Source: Paraspadella gotoi
Taxonomy: Eukaryota > Animalia > Chaetognatha
Assembly: GCA_051294375.1 (NCBI GenBank)
Contig: CM119265.1
Span: forward strand, 20,031,087-20,095,086
Reading direction: 5' to 3'
DNA: 64,000 nucleotides
Below, one piece after another: positions 16,103 to 28,500 of this stretch. The stretch's first letter is position 1; the number at the start of each line of letters is the position of its first letter. The translations under genes and the position numbers were made by a program. The notes under the pieces are model-generated. The model saw nothing but the letters and a program-made list of their open reading frames with translations. It did not search any database and had not been told where the DNA came from.

Positions 16103-19100
16103 TCATTTCGTCTTTTGTCTCATGAGTTCTTTTCTTTTCATCGACGCCTCTCTCGCCAGAGTTTGCGCCAGACCCAACGCCATCTTTCTTCCGTCCCTCC
16201 TCTTTTCCTCCTCCTCTTCGCCCTTATTCCTTCTTTCTCCTCCTCCTCCACCTCCTCCTCCTCCTCCTTGATGATCCAGGAGGCGTCGTATCTGCTCTGC
16301 CTTTTCTTTCCTTTCCTCCATTTCTTCTGCAGTGAGGATCTCAGAGTCAGAATCATCATCGTTGGCGGCGTCGGCTGCGGCGAAAGCGGCGGTGGCAGCG
16401 TCTCTTCGATCCCTCATCATCTTCGCGGACGAGACTGGCGCGGCCCTCAACCCCATGGCTTCTTCCAGCGCCTTGACGTCCTCCACGCTGACGGTTCGGC
16501 GCCTTGGGAATCTCCCGCTGCCACCGCTGACCGCCAGCGCCTCCGACGCCGCGGCGGGGAATTTGGAGAAACTGTGTCGAGATTTGAGGCGCCAGGCGGA
16601 GGTCTTAGTTTCGGCGGCGGCGACGTAGGCGTCGGCGGCAGGGACTGCGGCGGCGGCGGCGGCGGATCCGAAAAGGCGTGGCTGAGCGCGAGGAGAAAGG
16701 CCGATGGCGACGGCGAATCGAGAAGCTGGAGAGGAGGAGCGTGGCGAAGGGAGGCTGGGGAAGAAAGGATTACGAAGGAGGGAAGGGCAGATGGAGTGAC
16801 GAGAGGCGGTTGGGGAAACTGGAGACTTTGACGCCGGCGACGGGGGGGGACGAGACGTGGACGCCTAAAGCTTCGGCGGCGGAGACGCGACGGGGAGCCT
16901 CGCTCTCACTTCCGTCACTCTGTTTGGGGTGGGGGTGGGGGTGGGGTGGGTGAAAGCAAGGGATGGGAAGTTATAAATATTGAACAAAATTATGAAAAAA
17001 CTTTAAAATGTAAAAAAAAATATATTGAATCTGGAGAAAAAAAAGAAAGGTGAAAAAGATTTGTTGAAGAGGCTGGTTTTACAGGGCGCCACACCCGCAG
17101 CGGTGTCACCTCGTGGCGACAGCGAGACAGCATGTTTCATGTAGTCCAGAGCTTTGAGTCTGGCAGTAGGCCCATGCCTACAGGCGGGTTACCCCGTCCA
17201 TCCCACTTTCTACATGACAACCTCAGGGCTCAAACCAGGGACGCACATTGGGATGGGTGCATTAGTCCACTGAGCCACTGAGGCGCTGCGAAAGAAACAG
17301 CTTTAATGGATCTGTGTGATAGGACCACCAGACAGCCGCCCCCAGGACTCTCGCATATGAGAGTACGAAGCAGGGGGATGAACGCATGTCTCTCCGCTGA
17401 ACCTCTCTTCATTCTGGTGGCCATGCTTTGAGTGGCAGCTGCGTAGCTCAAAACCACAATCAAGGGCAGAGGAGTATTATCATGCCCGGTTGGTTGCGTG
17501 TTCAGGATCACGTCGGGCTCACCATTTAAGAGGCTGGTTTTACAGGCGCCACACCCGCAGCGGTGTCACCCTCGTGGCGACAGCGAGACAGCATGTTCAT
17601 GTAGTCCAGAGCTTTGGATCTGGCAGTAGGCCCATGCCTACAGGCGGGTTACCCGGTCCATCCCACTTTCTACATGACAACCTCAGGGCTCAAACCAGGG
17701 ACGCACATTGGGATGGTGCGATTAGTCCACTGAGCCACTGAGCGCTGCGAAAGAAACAGCTTTAATGAATCTGGAGAAAAAAAAGGAAAGGTGAAAAAGA
17801 TTTGTAACTTGTAGGGAAGACTGAGGTGATTTGACAGAAGCTTTGACAATTTTAATAGTCTCTTATATTTTACGACAGAAACTCGTGCCTTTTTAGAGAC
17901 AAATTTAGTCACGTTTTACGTTCTGACTTTTCGCGAAAATGTCGCAATTTGTCGAAATTTTTTTATTTTTTTAGTGAAGGTTTTTTTTAGTTCCTTTTCA
18001 AATTAGTAGCTATAAATAATAGTATTAGACTTAAGATTGTAACTATTCACAAAAATATTTTAAAACTTGCTTTTATGATACCTGCATTTTTCCTCGATTG
18101 ACGAAACACGCATTTATAAAAGAATTTATAAAGATTCCCATTTTGCCCGGAAATTATTCTACGATTTCAAGTTTGAAAGAAAGCCGTTTTTAAAAAGAAA
18201 TATATGACATTATATTAAAAAGTTTAAATGGTTGACTTGCTATTTTGTTTCCCCCCTTTTCATAAAAAACCTTTCCGTCGACGCCGACGAGGAGTTTGGC
18301 CCGAGTCGACGTCCGAACCTCTCCGCGTCGCGTGATGAACTTCAGCGCCTTCGCCGCTCCGGCAGCGTCGGCAGCATCTGCAGCGTCGGGAGCGGCGTCG
18401 ACGGCGGAGAGATTAAAGCGGACTCTCGGCGAGGGACTCCGTGGAGTCTCGGTGGCTGAAGTTGAGAAGGATCGAGTCTTTGGGCGTGGAGAGGCGAAGG
18501 ATCCTCCTCGTTGCTGCTGCTGCTGTGGTTGTTGTCGCTGTATTTTCTCGCGTTGCTCCTTCAGAAGCTGCTGTTCGTGCCACTGTTGAAGAAGCAGTCT
18601 CGTCTGCTGTTGTTGAGCTTTTAGCTCCTCCCTCTTTCGCTGCTGCTTCGCTTGATGATCAGCTATCAGTTTCTGCTTCAACCGTTCGAACTGTTGTAGT
18701 TTCAGTTCCTTGTCTCGCTGCTCGGCTTCCGAGGCTTCAGGAGCGCGCGGTTCCATATATCGGTCTCCGCTCTGCAGCGGTCGTGGATTTCGCTGCTCCT
18801 GGTGCGGACTCGTTTTCTGCAGCACTCGAGGAGTCGGTCGGTTCAGCAACCAGTGTTCGACCCCAGGCTCTTCGGATAGCTGTCTATGGAGTGGCTGAGA
18901 TAGGTTTCCTTGGTAGTTTTGTTGTTGTTGTTGCTTTTTAAGTTCTAGTTGTTGCAGTTGTTGTTGTGTTTGTTGTGGTATTTCCTCCGTCCACTGCAAA
19001 TTGCGTCGTGGAAATTCGTTTCCTCCCTCGCGTCCGTCGAGACCCAAAATTTTTTCTTCTTTTTCTTCTTCGTCGTTTTTGTGACAAATTGCTTTTTCTC

Positions 19101-22100
19101 TTTTCGTCATAACCGTCTCCCCGGGATGCCCCTCCTCTCGAACCCTCGTTACGCTTTTTCTCTCCTCTCTTTCTGTTCCGATTCTCTCTCCCTGTCCTCT
19201 CCCCATCGCTATTTTGTCTCCATGCTTTATCTCCATTTTTTGACTCTCTCCCTCTCCACTCAAGGTCGTTATTTTGTCTTCATGCTTTTTCTCCTTTGTT
19301 CGATTGTCTCCCTCTCTTCTTTTTAGCGTTATTTGGTCTCCATGCCTTCTCTCTGTCGTTTGGCTGACGCCTCTTGCCCCCGTTATTCTCTCTCCCTCTC
19401 CTCTCTCATGTTTTATTCTCTCTCCTTCTCTCTCCCTTTTATTTCTCTCTCCTTCTCTCTCCATTTTACTTCTCTCTCCCTCTCCTCTCTCATCTTTTAT
19501 TCTCTCTCCTTCTCTCTCCCTTTGATTTCTCCCTCCCTCCTCTCTCCTAGTTATTTTCTTTCTTTCTTCTCTCCTCTCCGTTTCCTTTCCTCCAATCTTC
19601 TCATCTTCGTCGTCTCTCTCTTTCTCCTCTGTCTCTCTCTTCTCTTCTCTCCATCTCTCTTCTTCGCGAATGGAAACGACTCCTTCATTCCTCTTTTCTC
19701 TTTCGTTCATTCTTTCCATTCGACCGTTCTCCCTCTCAGTCAATCCGCCGACCTGTTCACGATCCGCCCAGTTTATTTCTCCCGTTCTCCCACTCGCGGC
19801 CTCTTCCGAACTGCTCACTCTCTCCGTTCTCCCACTCGTTCTCCCCATTCTCCCACCCACATTTTTTTCATCCCTGTTTCTCTCCTCCACCGCATTCACT
19901 CCCCGATCAACCTCCACCCACGCCTCCCATTTCACCCCGACCTTTACCCTTTGACCCTCCGCCCGTCCCGTCTCCCGGATTCCCGGCGTCTTTCTCCCGG
20001 CGCCGACGTCAGCCTCCCATCGGCGTCGATTTTCGGCGACGTCGGCGCCGCCTTCCGCTTCGGCGTTGGCGCCGCCCTTTATTTTCGGTAGCCCGAACGC
20101 TAATTTATACTCGGCGACGCTCGCTGGCGCCTTAATTGGTTCTCGCGACGCCGACGAGGCCCCTTGCGGCGTCAACGAGGCCCCTTGCGGCGCGGTCCAA
20201 TCCGCCTCAATATCCGGCGCTGATTTGCGGTCCCTCCGCTCGCGGCGCAGCTTCTCTCTCTCCATCTCTATCTCTTTACGGACAGAGTCCCTGGCGTCGA
20301 CCAAAAGATCGAACCCCGATTCCGCCATGAATTTCCGAAAATCCAATTTAGCTTCTCTGCCGTCGTTGTCGTTGTTGTGATTGTGGCTATTGTCGTTAAA
20401 GTTGCTGTCGTCGTTGTGGTTATTGTTCTTGTCGTAATCACATCCCTCTTCCTTCAAACAAAACTCCGTTTCTTCTTTCTTAACGATGTTTCGAAAAGGT
20501 TGTTGTTGTTGTTGTAGTTTTTCCATTTCCACTGTCTCGCTTTGAGCTTCTTGTTTTACGAGTCCTCGTAAATGTTTTAGTGGCAGTTGGCGCTCTTGTT
20601 CCCTTTTTTCTTGACCCTCTCGTTCTCGAGACGCCCGTTGTTGTTCTAAAAGTCGTTGTTGTTGTGTTTCCCGCGACACGAAGGCCCGTTCCGCTTTCGT
20701 TGCTTCCGTTTCGAACCTCGTTTCGTCTACTGGGGACTGAGGGCGCGGCTGCTGTTGATGCAGCGTGGAATGCTGCTGTTGATGCAGCGTTGAATGCTGC
20801 TGTGGCTGCTGCGTTTGTAAATGTGGAAGAAGTGGAGTTAGATGAAGCTGAGGCGGGGGCAGTTTTAGCGGCGCAAGCTCTAACTTGGGTTTAATCCGGA
20901 GCGATGGTTGCGGGAGCGGCGGTTGCTGGAGCGGTAGTCGAAATTTCGGCGGCGACTGTGGCGTCGGCTGCGGCTGCGGCTGTAGCTGCGGCTGTGGCTG
21001 TGGCTGCAGATAGAGGCTTGCTGAGGTAGGAGACTTTATCTGCGACAGAGATGATGAGGGTTGAGAGGAGCACTCGGTGATTGGGTTAGAAGAAGGGATA
21101 GAAGGGATAGCAGGGGGGACAGAAAGACAGCAGACCTCCGGTTCATCGCTGCTCAGTAGCGTTAATCCGTCGCCGTTGATTGGTTGTTTGGTTGGTTGGT
21201 TTCGAATGACTGGCTCGATATGAAAGATTGTCTCGTGTAACGATTCATTCTGGGTATCGGAACCGTTTTTGGTAACTGGTGCTTTGTAATTGATCGACTC
21301 GTTCTCGGCAATTGGCTGATTGGCATAGAATGGTTTATTTGGTGAGAGTGAGAGTGACTCCTTCGCCTCGATCGGCTCCCCCGCGACGGTTTTCTCTCCC
21401 GTCGCGTTCCAAGAAAAAATGTACATCGACTTTTTTCCGTTCGTTTCCGTGGGCGACCAAGGTTTGGGGGAGAGGGCGAGGGAGCGGGCAAGGAGGCGGG
21501 CACGAGCGGGCGAGGGAGAAGAGGAGTCGGGCGGAGAAAGGAGAGAGGATTTGGCAGAGAGGTCGATGATTGGTGAAGGAAAACGGGTGGAGAGAGAGGA
21601 GGAGGAGGAGGAGGAGGGGGGGAAGGAGGAAGAGGAGGAAGAGATGAGAGGAGAAAGGAGAGAGGGATCCTTATGATTATTCGGCGTTGTCTTTCCGGAC
21701 GGCGACGCAAAAGCGATGGGTGTGGCGACACCTTTGCGACCCGCGTCATTGACGTCCCTTGCTTGAGCGACTAAATCATTAACGCCTCCTTTTCTCGAAG
21801 GATGGGTGCCGTTCATGGGATAGTTATTTGTCGTCGTTGTTGTTGTTGTTTTTGTCGTCGTTGTCGTCGAAGCGAGGGTGTCGTCTTCAGCGGTTTTCAC
21901 GCCGCTTAGTTTCTTGACATTTTTGTCATCGTTCCTGACGTTCAACGTCACGTCGGCGATGAAGCGTTTCTCGCGATTTATCGTATTTCCGGTATCGACG
22001 CTTTTATCGCTCGCGACGCAATTAGTGACGCGATCGGCGTCGGCGTCCTCGTTTTCTCCGGCGTCTTTTGAGGCGCTGGCGGCGCCAGTGGCGAAAGAAG

Positions 22101-23150
22101 AAACCAAATCGAGTTTCTGGGAGGAAAAAAAAATGGAGGGAATTCGAGAATTTCGAAGAATTTAAATCAATTTGAAATTTATTCCCCAAAATTTCTCCAG
22201 ATCTTTTTTTTTTTCCTTCAAGAATTTCTATGAAAGAGAATTATATATTCTTTGTCTCTTCGTCTCTTCGTCGTCTTACGAATCGAATTACGAGAAAGAA
22301 AAAAAAATTTAAAAAGAAAAAAACTTGATTCATTTTGTGCGAGAATAAGAAAAAAAAATATTTTCCTCTCATTAATGGAAAAAGATTTATTCTTAGTAAT
22401 TAGTTAACCGAACTCGAAACGACAATTTATTTATGTCCTTTAGAGGGAGTGAGAGAGAAATCTGAATTCCAAATCGGCGGGGGGGGAAAAAAACAACAAA
22501 ACGGAAAGAAAAACGAGAAGAAACGAAAAGAAAACACGTTTCCTTCTTCGATTCTAAATATATTCTGTCCTCTCGCTCGGTTATCGCCACTGGCCAGGTG
22601 AGCACCTGTCACGCGAGCCCGACCTTTTTTGATTTAATCAAAGATTTATGAGAAGATATTTAAGGTTCTTAGAAAAAACAGGGAACGATTGTTCGCTGCA
22701 TATATAAATATATAATGCATATATAATGGGTGCTTATTTTCCTAGATTGCACAGTTGGACTCGATCTCATTCTTCAAAAATAAATAATAACCAAACTTAC
22801 CAAATAACCTTCGACCTTACCTTCGCCTCCAAATTTTGACTAAAACTCGGCGCCGTAAACTCCACGTTTTCCAGCGTTGACGACGCCGGTTTGAATACGA
22901 TCGGCGCCAACGTCGACGTCGGAGACGAAGGGGCGTTTCCCCCGGAAAGCGGCGCCGTTGAGAAAACCTCCTTCCCCTCGTTTCCAACGACGTCACTAAC
23001 GGACGATCTCTCGCGGCGCCGCTCGCCGCTTCCGGTCGACGTCACGATATCGACGGCGCCGTTTCGTCCGTCGACGCTGAGACGAGAGACGCCGACGGGA
23101 AAAATCTCTTTGACGGTCTGCTCGAAGAGGTGATCGTATGGGTAGCTCAT
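16103..23150 (-). CDS. Large (~1,660 aa) low-complexity Q/P/S- and E/R-rich coiled-coil protein; exons 23150-22821, 22116-18271, 16919-16103
   Basis: 1305-aa ORF bounded by a ctcccag| acceptor (22116) and AAG|gt donor (18271). Upstream exon MSYPYDHLFEQ...LEAK|gtaagg is phase-0 compatible. The last exon starts after aaacag| and needs a 1-nt correction (probably the G8 run near 16842) to join ORF 16103-16486. The start codon is a guess and further upstream exons are possible. Confidence 0.6.
17065..17767 (-). mobile_element. Miniature non-autonomous LTR element (TRIM-like) E1, intronic: full LTR 17065-17411, internal 17412-17525, truncated LTR 17526-17767
   Basis: ~240-bp direct repeat. The full LTR has TGAAGAG...CTCTTCA inverted termini (TG..CA). 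A tRNA-Trp 3'-end match at 17492-17524 lies 1 nt from the right LTR. Flanking 39-bp duplication at 17026-17064 and 17766-17805. No coding capacity evident. Confidence 0.75.
17492..17524 (-). other. Extended primer-binding site complementary to tRNA-Trp (E1)
   Basis: + strand GGTTGCGTGTTCAGGATCACGTCGGGCTCACCA versus animal tRNA-Trp(CCA) 3' end GGTTGCGTGTTCAAATCACGTCGGGGTCA-CCA, including the post-transcriptionally added CCA. Confidence 0.85.
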
Positions 23151-23164
23151 TTTTGGGAGAATCG

Positions 23165-23360
23165 CATCGGCGCGCTGTGAAAGAGGGGTCACATCGGCGG
23201 GCTGTGAAAGAGGGGTCACATCGGCGCGCTGTGAAAGAGGGTCACATTGGCGCGCTGTGAAATAGGGGTCACATCGGCGCGCTGTGAAAGAGGGTCACAT
23301 CGACGAGCTGTGAAAGAGGGTTAGATCGACGCGCTGTGAAAGAAGATCACATCGGCAGCA
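23165..23360. repeat. 26/27-bp minisatellite (CATCGGCGCGCTGTGAAAGAGGGGTCA), about 7 units; about 13 units in the duplicate at 30014-30365
   Basis: Direct inspection of tandem units. Confidence 0.9.
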
Positions 23361-23674
23361 CTATGTGAGAGGTCATATCAGTGGGCGTTGAAAACGAACC
23401 ACATCGGTGGGCTTCGTGAGAGCGTCATCTTGCGGAGAGATGAGGAACGATTTCGCTTCGTCTGGAGGAAAGGATCATCGTTTTACCGGGTTATTGTAAT
23501 CGGAAAGATATTTTCGTTGTTTTTTTGTTGTCGGGACAATTTATTTCTTGCGCTCGGACTTTTACAGTAATATATATCTAACGGATCGAATTCATTATAC
23601 ACAAAAGAAAATTCCTTTCTTCTTTAATCCTGGAGAGTGCTTTATTTTTAGAGTAAAAAAAAAAGATTGTCTGC

Positions 23675-23770
<96 letters not shown>

Positions 23771-23902
23771 TGTCGATCGAATTTACGAACGTCGTTTGCC
23801 TTCTTAGATTGCAACGAAATATTGGGGAATACGAAGGCTTTAAAAGGCGGCAAGGAAGCAAATTATATATATATATATATATAAGAAGAGAGAGAGAGAA
23901 GA

Positions 23903-23987
<85 letters not shown>

Positions 23988-25553
23988 TTGTTGAGGTTTT
24001 CCAGTCTTTTCAAAGAAAAAAAGTAAATCCAGGTGTGAAGAAGATTGAGCGAGAGATAGGAAGTTACCCGAGAGCATTCTTTCTCACTAATCACGCCACG
24101 ATGTTCTGAGGATCCATGTAATTCCGTGAAAAGCGTCCGAGTGTGAGAGAGCGAGAGAGAGAGAGAGAGAGTGTAAGCGAACGTCGTCTCCGTCCTCAGT
24201 GACGCAATCCGATTAAAAATATTTAAAAAAATATTTTATCCAAAAAATAAAAATAATGAATGTCTTCCAGCGAAAGGAGAAACGATAACAAAAATAGAAG
24301 AAGAAAAAATACGAAAGAAAAAAAAACACAAAAGGGGAAAAAAAAACTGTCGTTGGAAACAAAAACCCCAAAAAATGAGAAATTGAAAGGAATGCGAATG
24401 AAGATCGGAGATTCGAAAGAATTCAAAGATTACTTGGCAAAGCGTTGAAAAATGTTGTTTTTTTTTACAATTTGTTTTCCAAGTTACGAAATTCGGTTAA
24501 ATTGTAAAAAACGCGTACTTTACGCGCGGAGAGACTAAACGTGCAGTTACGTCACGAACGTCGAAATAAACTAAATTTTAAAACATAAGCGAAAAAGAAT
24601 TTAAGGGAATAACAAGTGGTTTTGAACGGTTAGAGACGTCGTCGTCGTCGTCGTCGTCTACTAAGAAACAAAGAGATTTCCGAGACCGCAACTCCATTCG
24701 TCATTCGCATTCAGAAACATTTTTTTTTTTTAGTCTGAAAACGAGATTTGATTCGGGAAATTCCGTCGCCCGTCACCGTGTCTCCCGTCGCCTGCCCGTC
24801 ACGTCGCCGTTGCAGCGTCTCTCGTCACGCCGTCACGCTGAGACGTTCGTCGTCGCGTGGTCCGTCACGTTTTTAGAAAGGAGGGCGTTGACTTTTAAAC
24901 ATTAGACAAGGTTTGTTTGGGGTAAATCATTTCTATTTCTGCCCCCCGTGGGGCGCGCCATTCGCCCCCGTTACAAAATTTACCAATCTCGACGCCCAGA
25001 CGTCGAAAATTTGCGCAACTTACTTTTTTTTTAATTTTAAACAAATTAAGTTAAATCCAGGAAAGTTGTTAAATTTACTAAAACGTGGAAAAAAAAACTT
25101 TTCTACTTAACTAGCTCAACAGATTTCGAAAACAACTGGAGGCAGGAGAGAAGAATAAATAATTCTAAAAAAAAAAACATTAGTCATTAAATTAATTTAA
25201 TTACTCCGCCTTTTTTTTTGTAAAGAAATCTCGGAGGAACAGAGAAACAGACGGACGCTGAACGATGAAATCTCTCGTCTTAAGACAAAGAATTCTTATT
25301 TTAAAAAATATTATATATTTTTAAATATTTTAAGAAGAATATGGAAAGCGGTTGTCAGACAAGTACGTATTACGGGAAGACGTTACTTTAAACGAAGTGA
25401 AAAAAAAAGGGGGAGACAACTATATCTGTCTATTGAAGTCACGCGCTGAAAAAACAAAAAAACATAAACAAACAAAAACACAAAACTAAGATGATAAAAC
25501 TTGACGTTTAAAAAAAANNNNNNNNNNNNNNNNNNNNNNNNNAGAGAGAGATG

Positions 25554-28500
25554 CGGTCTCCGCTCTGCAGCGGGTGCGTGGATTTCCGCTGCTTCCTGGT
25601 GCGGACTCGTTTTCTGCAGCACTCGAGAGTCGGTCGGTTCAGCACCAGTGTTCGAACCCCAGGCCTCTTTCGGGATAGCTGTCTATGGAGTGGGCTGAGA
25701 TAGTTTCCTTGGTAGTTTTGTTGTTGTTGTTGCTTTTTAAGTTCTAGTTGTTGCCGTTGTTGTGGTTGTTGTGTTTGTGGTTGTTGTGTTTGTTGTGGTA
25801 TTTCCTCATGCCACTGCAAATTGCGTTCGTGGAAATTCGTTTCTCCTCGCGTTCCGTCGAGACCCAAAATTTTTTCTGTCTTCGTCGTTTTGTGACAAAT
25901 TGCTTTTTCTCTTTTCGTCATAACGTCGTCTCCCCGGGATGCCCTCCTCTCGAACCCTCGTTACGCTTTTTCTCTCCTCTCTTTCTGTTCCGATTCTCTC
26001 TCCCTGTCCTCTCCCATGCTATTGTTGTCTCCATGCTTTATCTCCATTTTTTGACTCTCTCCTCTCCACTCAAGGTCGTTATTTTGTCTTTCATGCTTTT
26101 TCCTGCCTTTGTTCGATTGTCTCCCTCTCTTCTTTTAGCGTTATTTGGTCTCTCATGCCTTCTCTCTGTCGTTTGGCTGACGCCTCTTGCCCCCGTTATT
26201 CTCTCTCCTCTCCTCTCTCATGTTTTATTCTCTCTCCTTGTCTCTCTCCCTTTTATTTCTCTCTCCTTCTCTCTCCATTTTACTGTCTCTCGTCCCTCTC
26301 CTCTCTCATCTTTATTCTACTCTCCTTTCTCTCTCCCTTTGATTTCTCCCTCCCTCCTCTCTCGCTCGTTATTGTTCTTTCTTCTTCTCTCCTCTCCGTT
26401 TCCTTTCCTCCAATCTTCTATCTTGCGTCGTCTCTAACTCTTTCTCCTCTGTCTCTCTCTTCTCTTCTCTCCATCTCTCTTGCTTCGCGAATGGAAACGA
26501 CTCCTTCATTCCTCTTTTCTCTTCGTTCATTCCTTCGCATTCGAGACCGTTCTCCCCTCTCAGTCAATCCGCCGACCTGTTCAGATCCCGCCCAGTTTAT
26601 TTCTCCACGTTCTCACCAACTCGCGGCCTCTTCCGACTGCCTCAACTCTCTCCGTTCTCCCACTCGTTGCTCCCCATTCTCCGCACCCACATTTTTTTTC
26701 ATCCCTGTTTCTCTCTCTCCACCTCGCAATTCACTCCCCGATCAACCTCCAACCCACGCTCCAATTTCACCCCGACCTTTACCCTTTGACCCTCCGCCCG
26801 TCCCGGTCTCCCGATTCCCGGCGTCTTTCTCCGCGCCCGACGTCAGCCTCCCATCGCGTCGATTTTGGCGACGTCGGCGCCGCCTTCCGCTTCGCGTTGG
26901 CGCCGCCCTTTATTTTCGGTAGCCCAGAACGCTAATTTATACTCGGCGACGCCTCGCTGGCGCCTTAATTGGTTCTCGCGACGCGACGAGAGGCCCTTGC
27001 GGCGTCAACAGAGGCCTCCTTGCGGGCGCGGTCCAATTCCGCCTCAATATCCGGCGCTGATTTGCGGTCCCTCCGCTCGCGGCGCAGCTTCTCTCTCTCG
27101 CTCTCTATCTCTTACGGACAGAGTCCCTGGGCGTCGACCAAAAGATCGAACTCCCGATTCCCGCCATGAATTTCCGAAAATCCAATTTGCTTCTCTGCCG
27201 TCGTTGGTCGTTGTTGTGATTGTGGCTATTGTCGTTAAAGTGCTGTCGTCCGTTGTGGTTATTGTTCTTGTCGTAATCACATCCCTCTTCCTTCAAACAA
27301 ACTTCCGTTTCTTCTTTCTTAACAACGATGTTTCGAAAAGGTTGTTGTTGTTGTTGTAGTTTTTCATTTCCGACTGTCTCGCTTTTGAGCTTCTTGTTTT
27401 ACGAGTCCTCGTAAATGTTTTAGTGGCAGTTGGCGCTCTTGGTTCCCTTTTTTCCTTGACCCTCTCGTTTGAGACGCCCGTGTGTTGTTCTAATAAGTCG
27501 TTTGTTGTTGTGTTTCCCGCACAGCGAAGGCCCGTTCCGCTTTCGTTTGCTTCCGTTTCGAACTCGTTTCGTCTACTGGGACTGAGGGCGCGGCTGCTGT
27601 TGATGGCAGCGTGGAATGCTGCTGTTGAATGCAGCGTTGAATGCTGCTGTGGCTGCTGCGTTTTGTAAATGTGGAAGAAGTGGAGTTAGATTGAAGCTGA
27701 GGCGGGGCAGTTTTTAGCGGCGCAAGCCTCTAACTTGGGTTTAATCGCGGAGCGATGGTTGCGGGAGCGCGGTTGCTGGAGCGGTTAGTCGAAATTTCGG
27801 CGGCGACTGTGGCGTCGGCTGCGGCTTGCGGGCTGAGCTGCGGCTGTGGCTGTGGCTGCAGATAGAGGCTTGCTGAGGTTAGGAGACTTTAATCTGCGAC
27901 AGAGATATGAGGGTTGAGAGGAGCATCGGTGATTGGGTTGAAGAAGGGATAGAAAGGGATAGCAGGGGGGACGAGAAAGACAGCGACCTCCGTTCATCGC
28001 TGCTCAGTAGCGTTAATCCGTCGCCGTTGATTGGTTGTTTGGTTGGTTGGTTTCGAAAATGACTGGCTCGATATGAAAGATTGTCTCGTGTAACGATTCA
28101 TTCTGGGTTATCGGAACCGTTTTTTGGTAACTGTGCTTTGTAATTGATCGACTCGTTCTCCGGCAATTGGCTGATTGGCATAGAATGGTTTATTTGGTGG
28201 AGTGAGAGTGACTCTTCGCCTCGATCGCTCCCCCGCGACGGTTTTCTCTCCCGTCGCGTTCCAAGAAAAAAATGTACATCGACTTTTTTCCGTTCGTTTC
28301 CGTGGGCGACCAAGGTTTGGGGGAAGAGGGCGAGGGAGCGGCAAGGAGGCGGGCACGAGCGGGCGAGGGAGAAGAGGAGTCGGGCGGAGAAAGGAGAGAG
28401 GATTTGGCAGAGAGGTCGATGATTTGGTGAAGGAAAACGGGTGGAGAGAGAGGAGGAGGAGGAGGAGGAGGGGGGAAGGAGGAAGAGGAGGAAGAGATGA

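Noticed and set aside
17206-17295. Hammerhead-like cores in E1 (CTGAGGCGCTGCGAAA on +; CTGAGGTTGTCATGTAGAAA on -)
   Set aside because: A9 of the CUGAnGA core is missing, and no NUH cleavage triplet with a valid stem III can be formed.
23165-23360. CRISPR-like regular repeats (also 46420-46663 and 58841-58938)
   Set aside because: Head-to-tail units without unique spacers of regular length, no cas genes, and a eukaryotic context.
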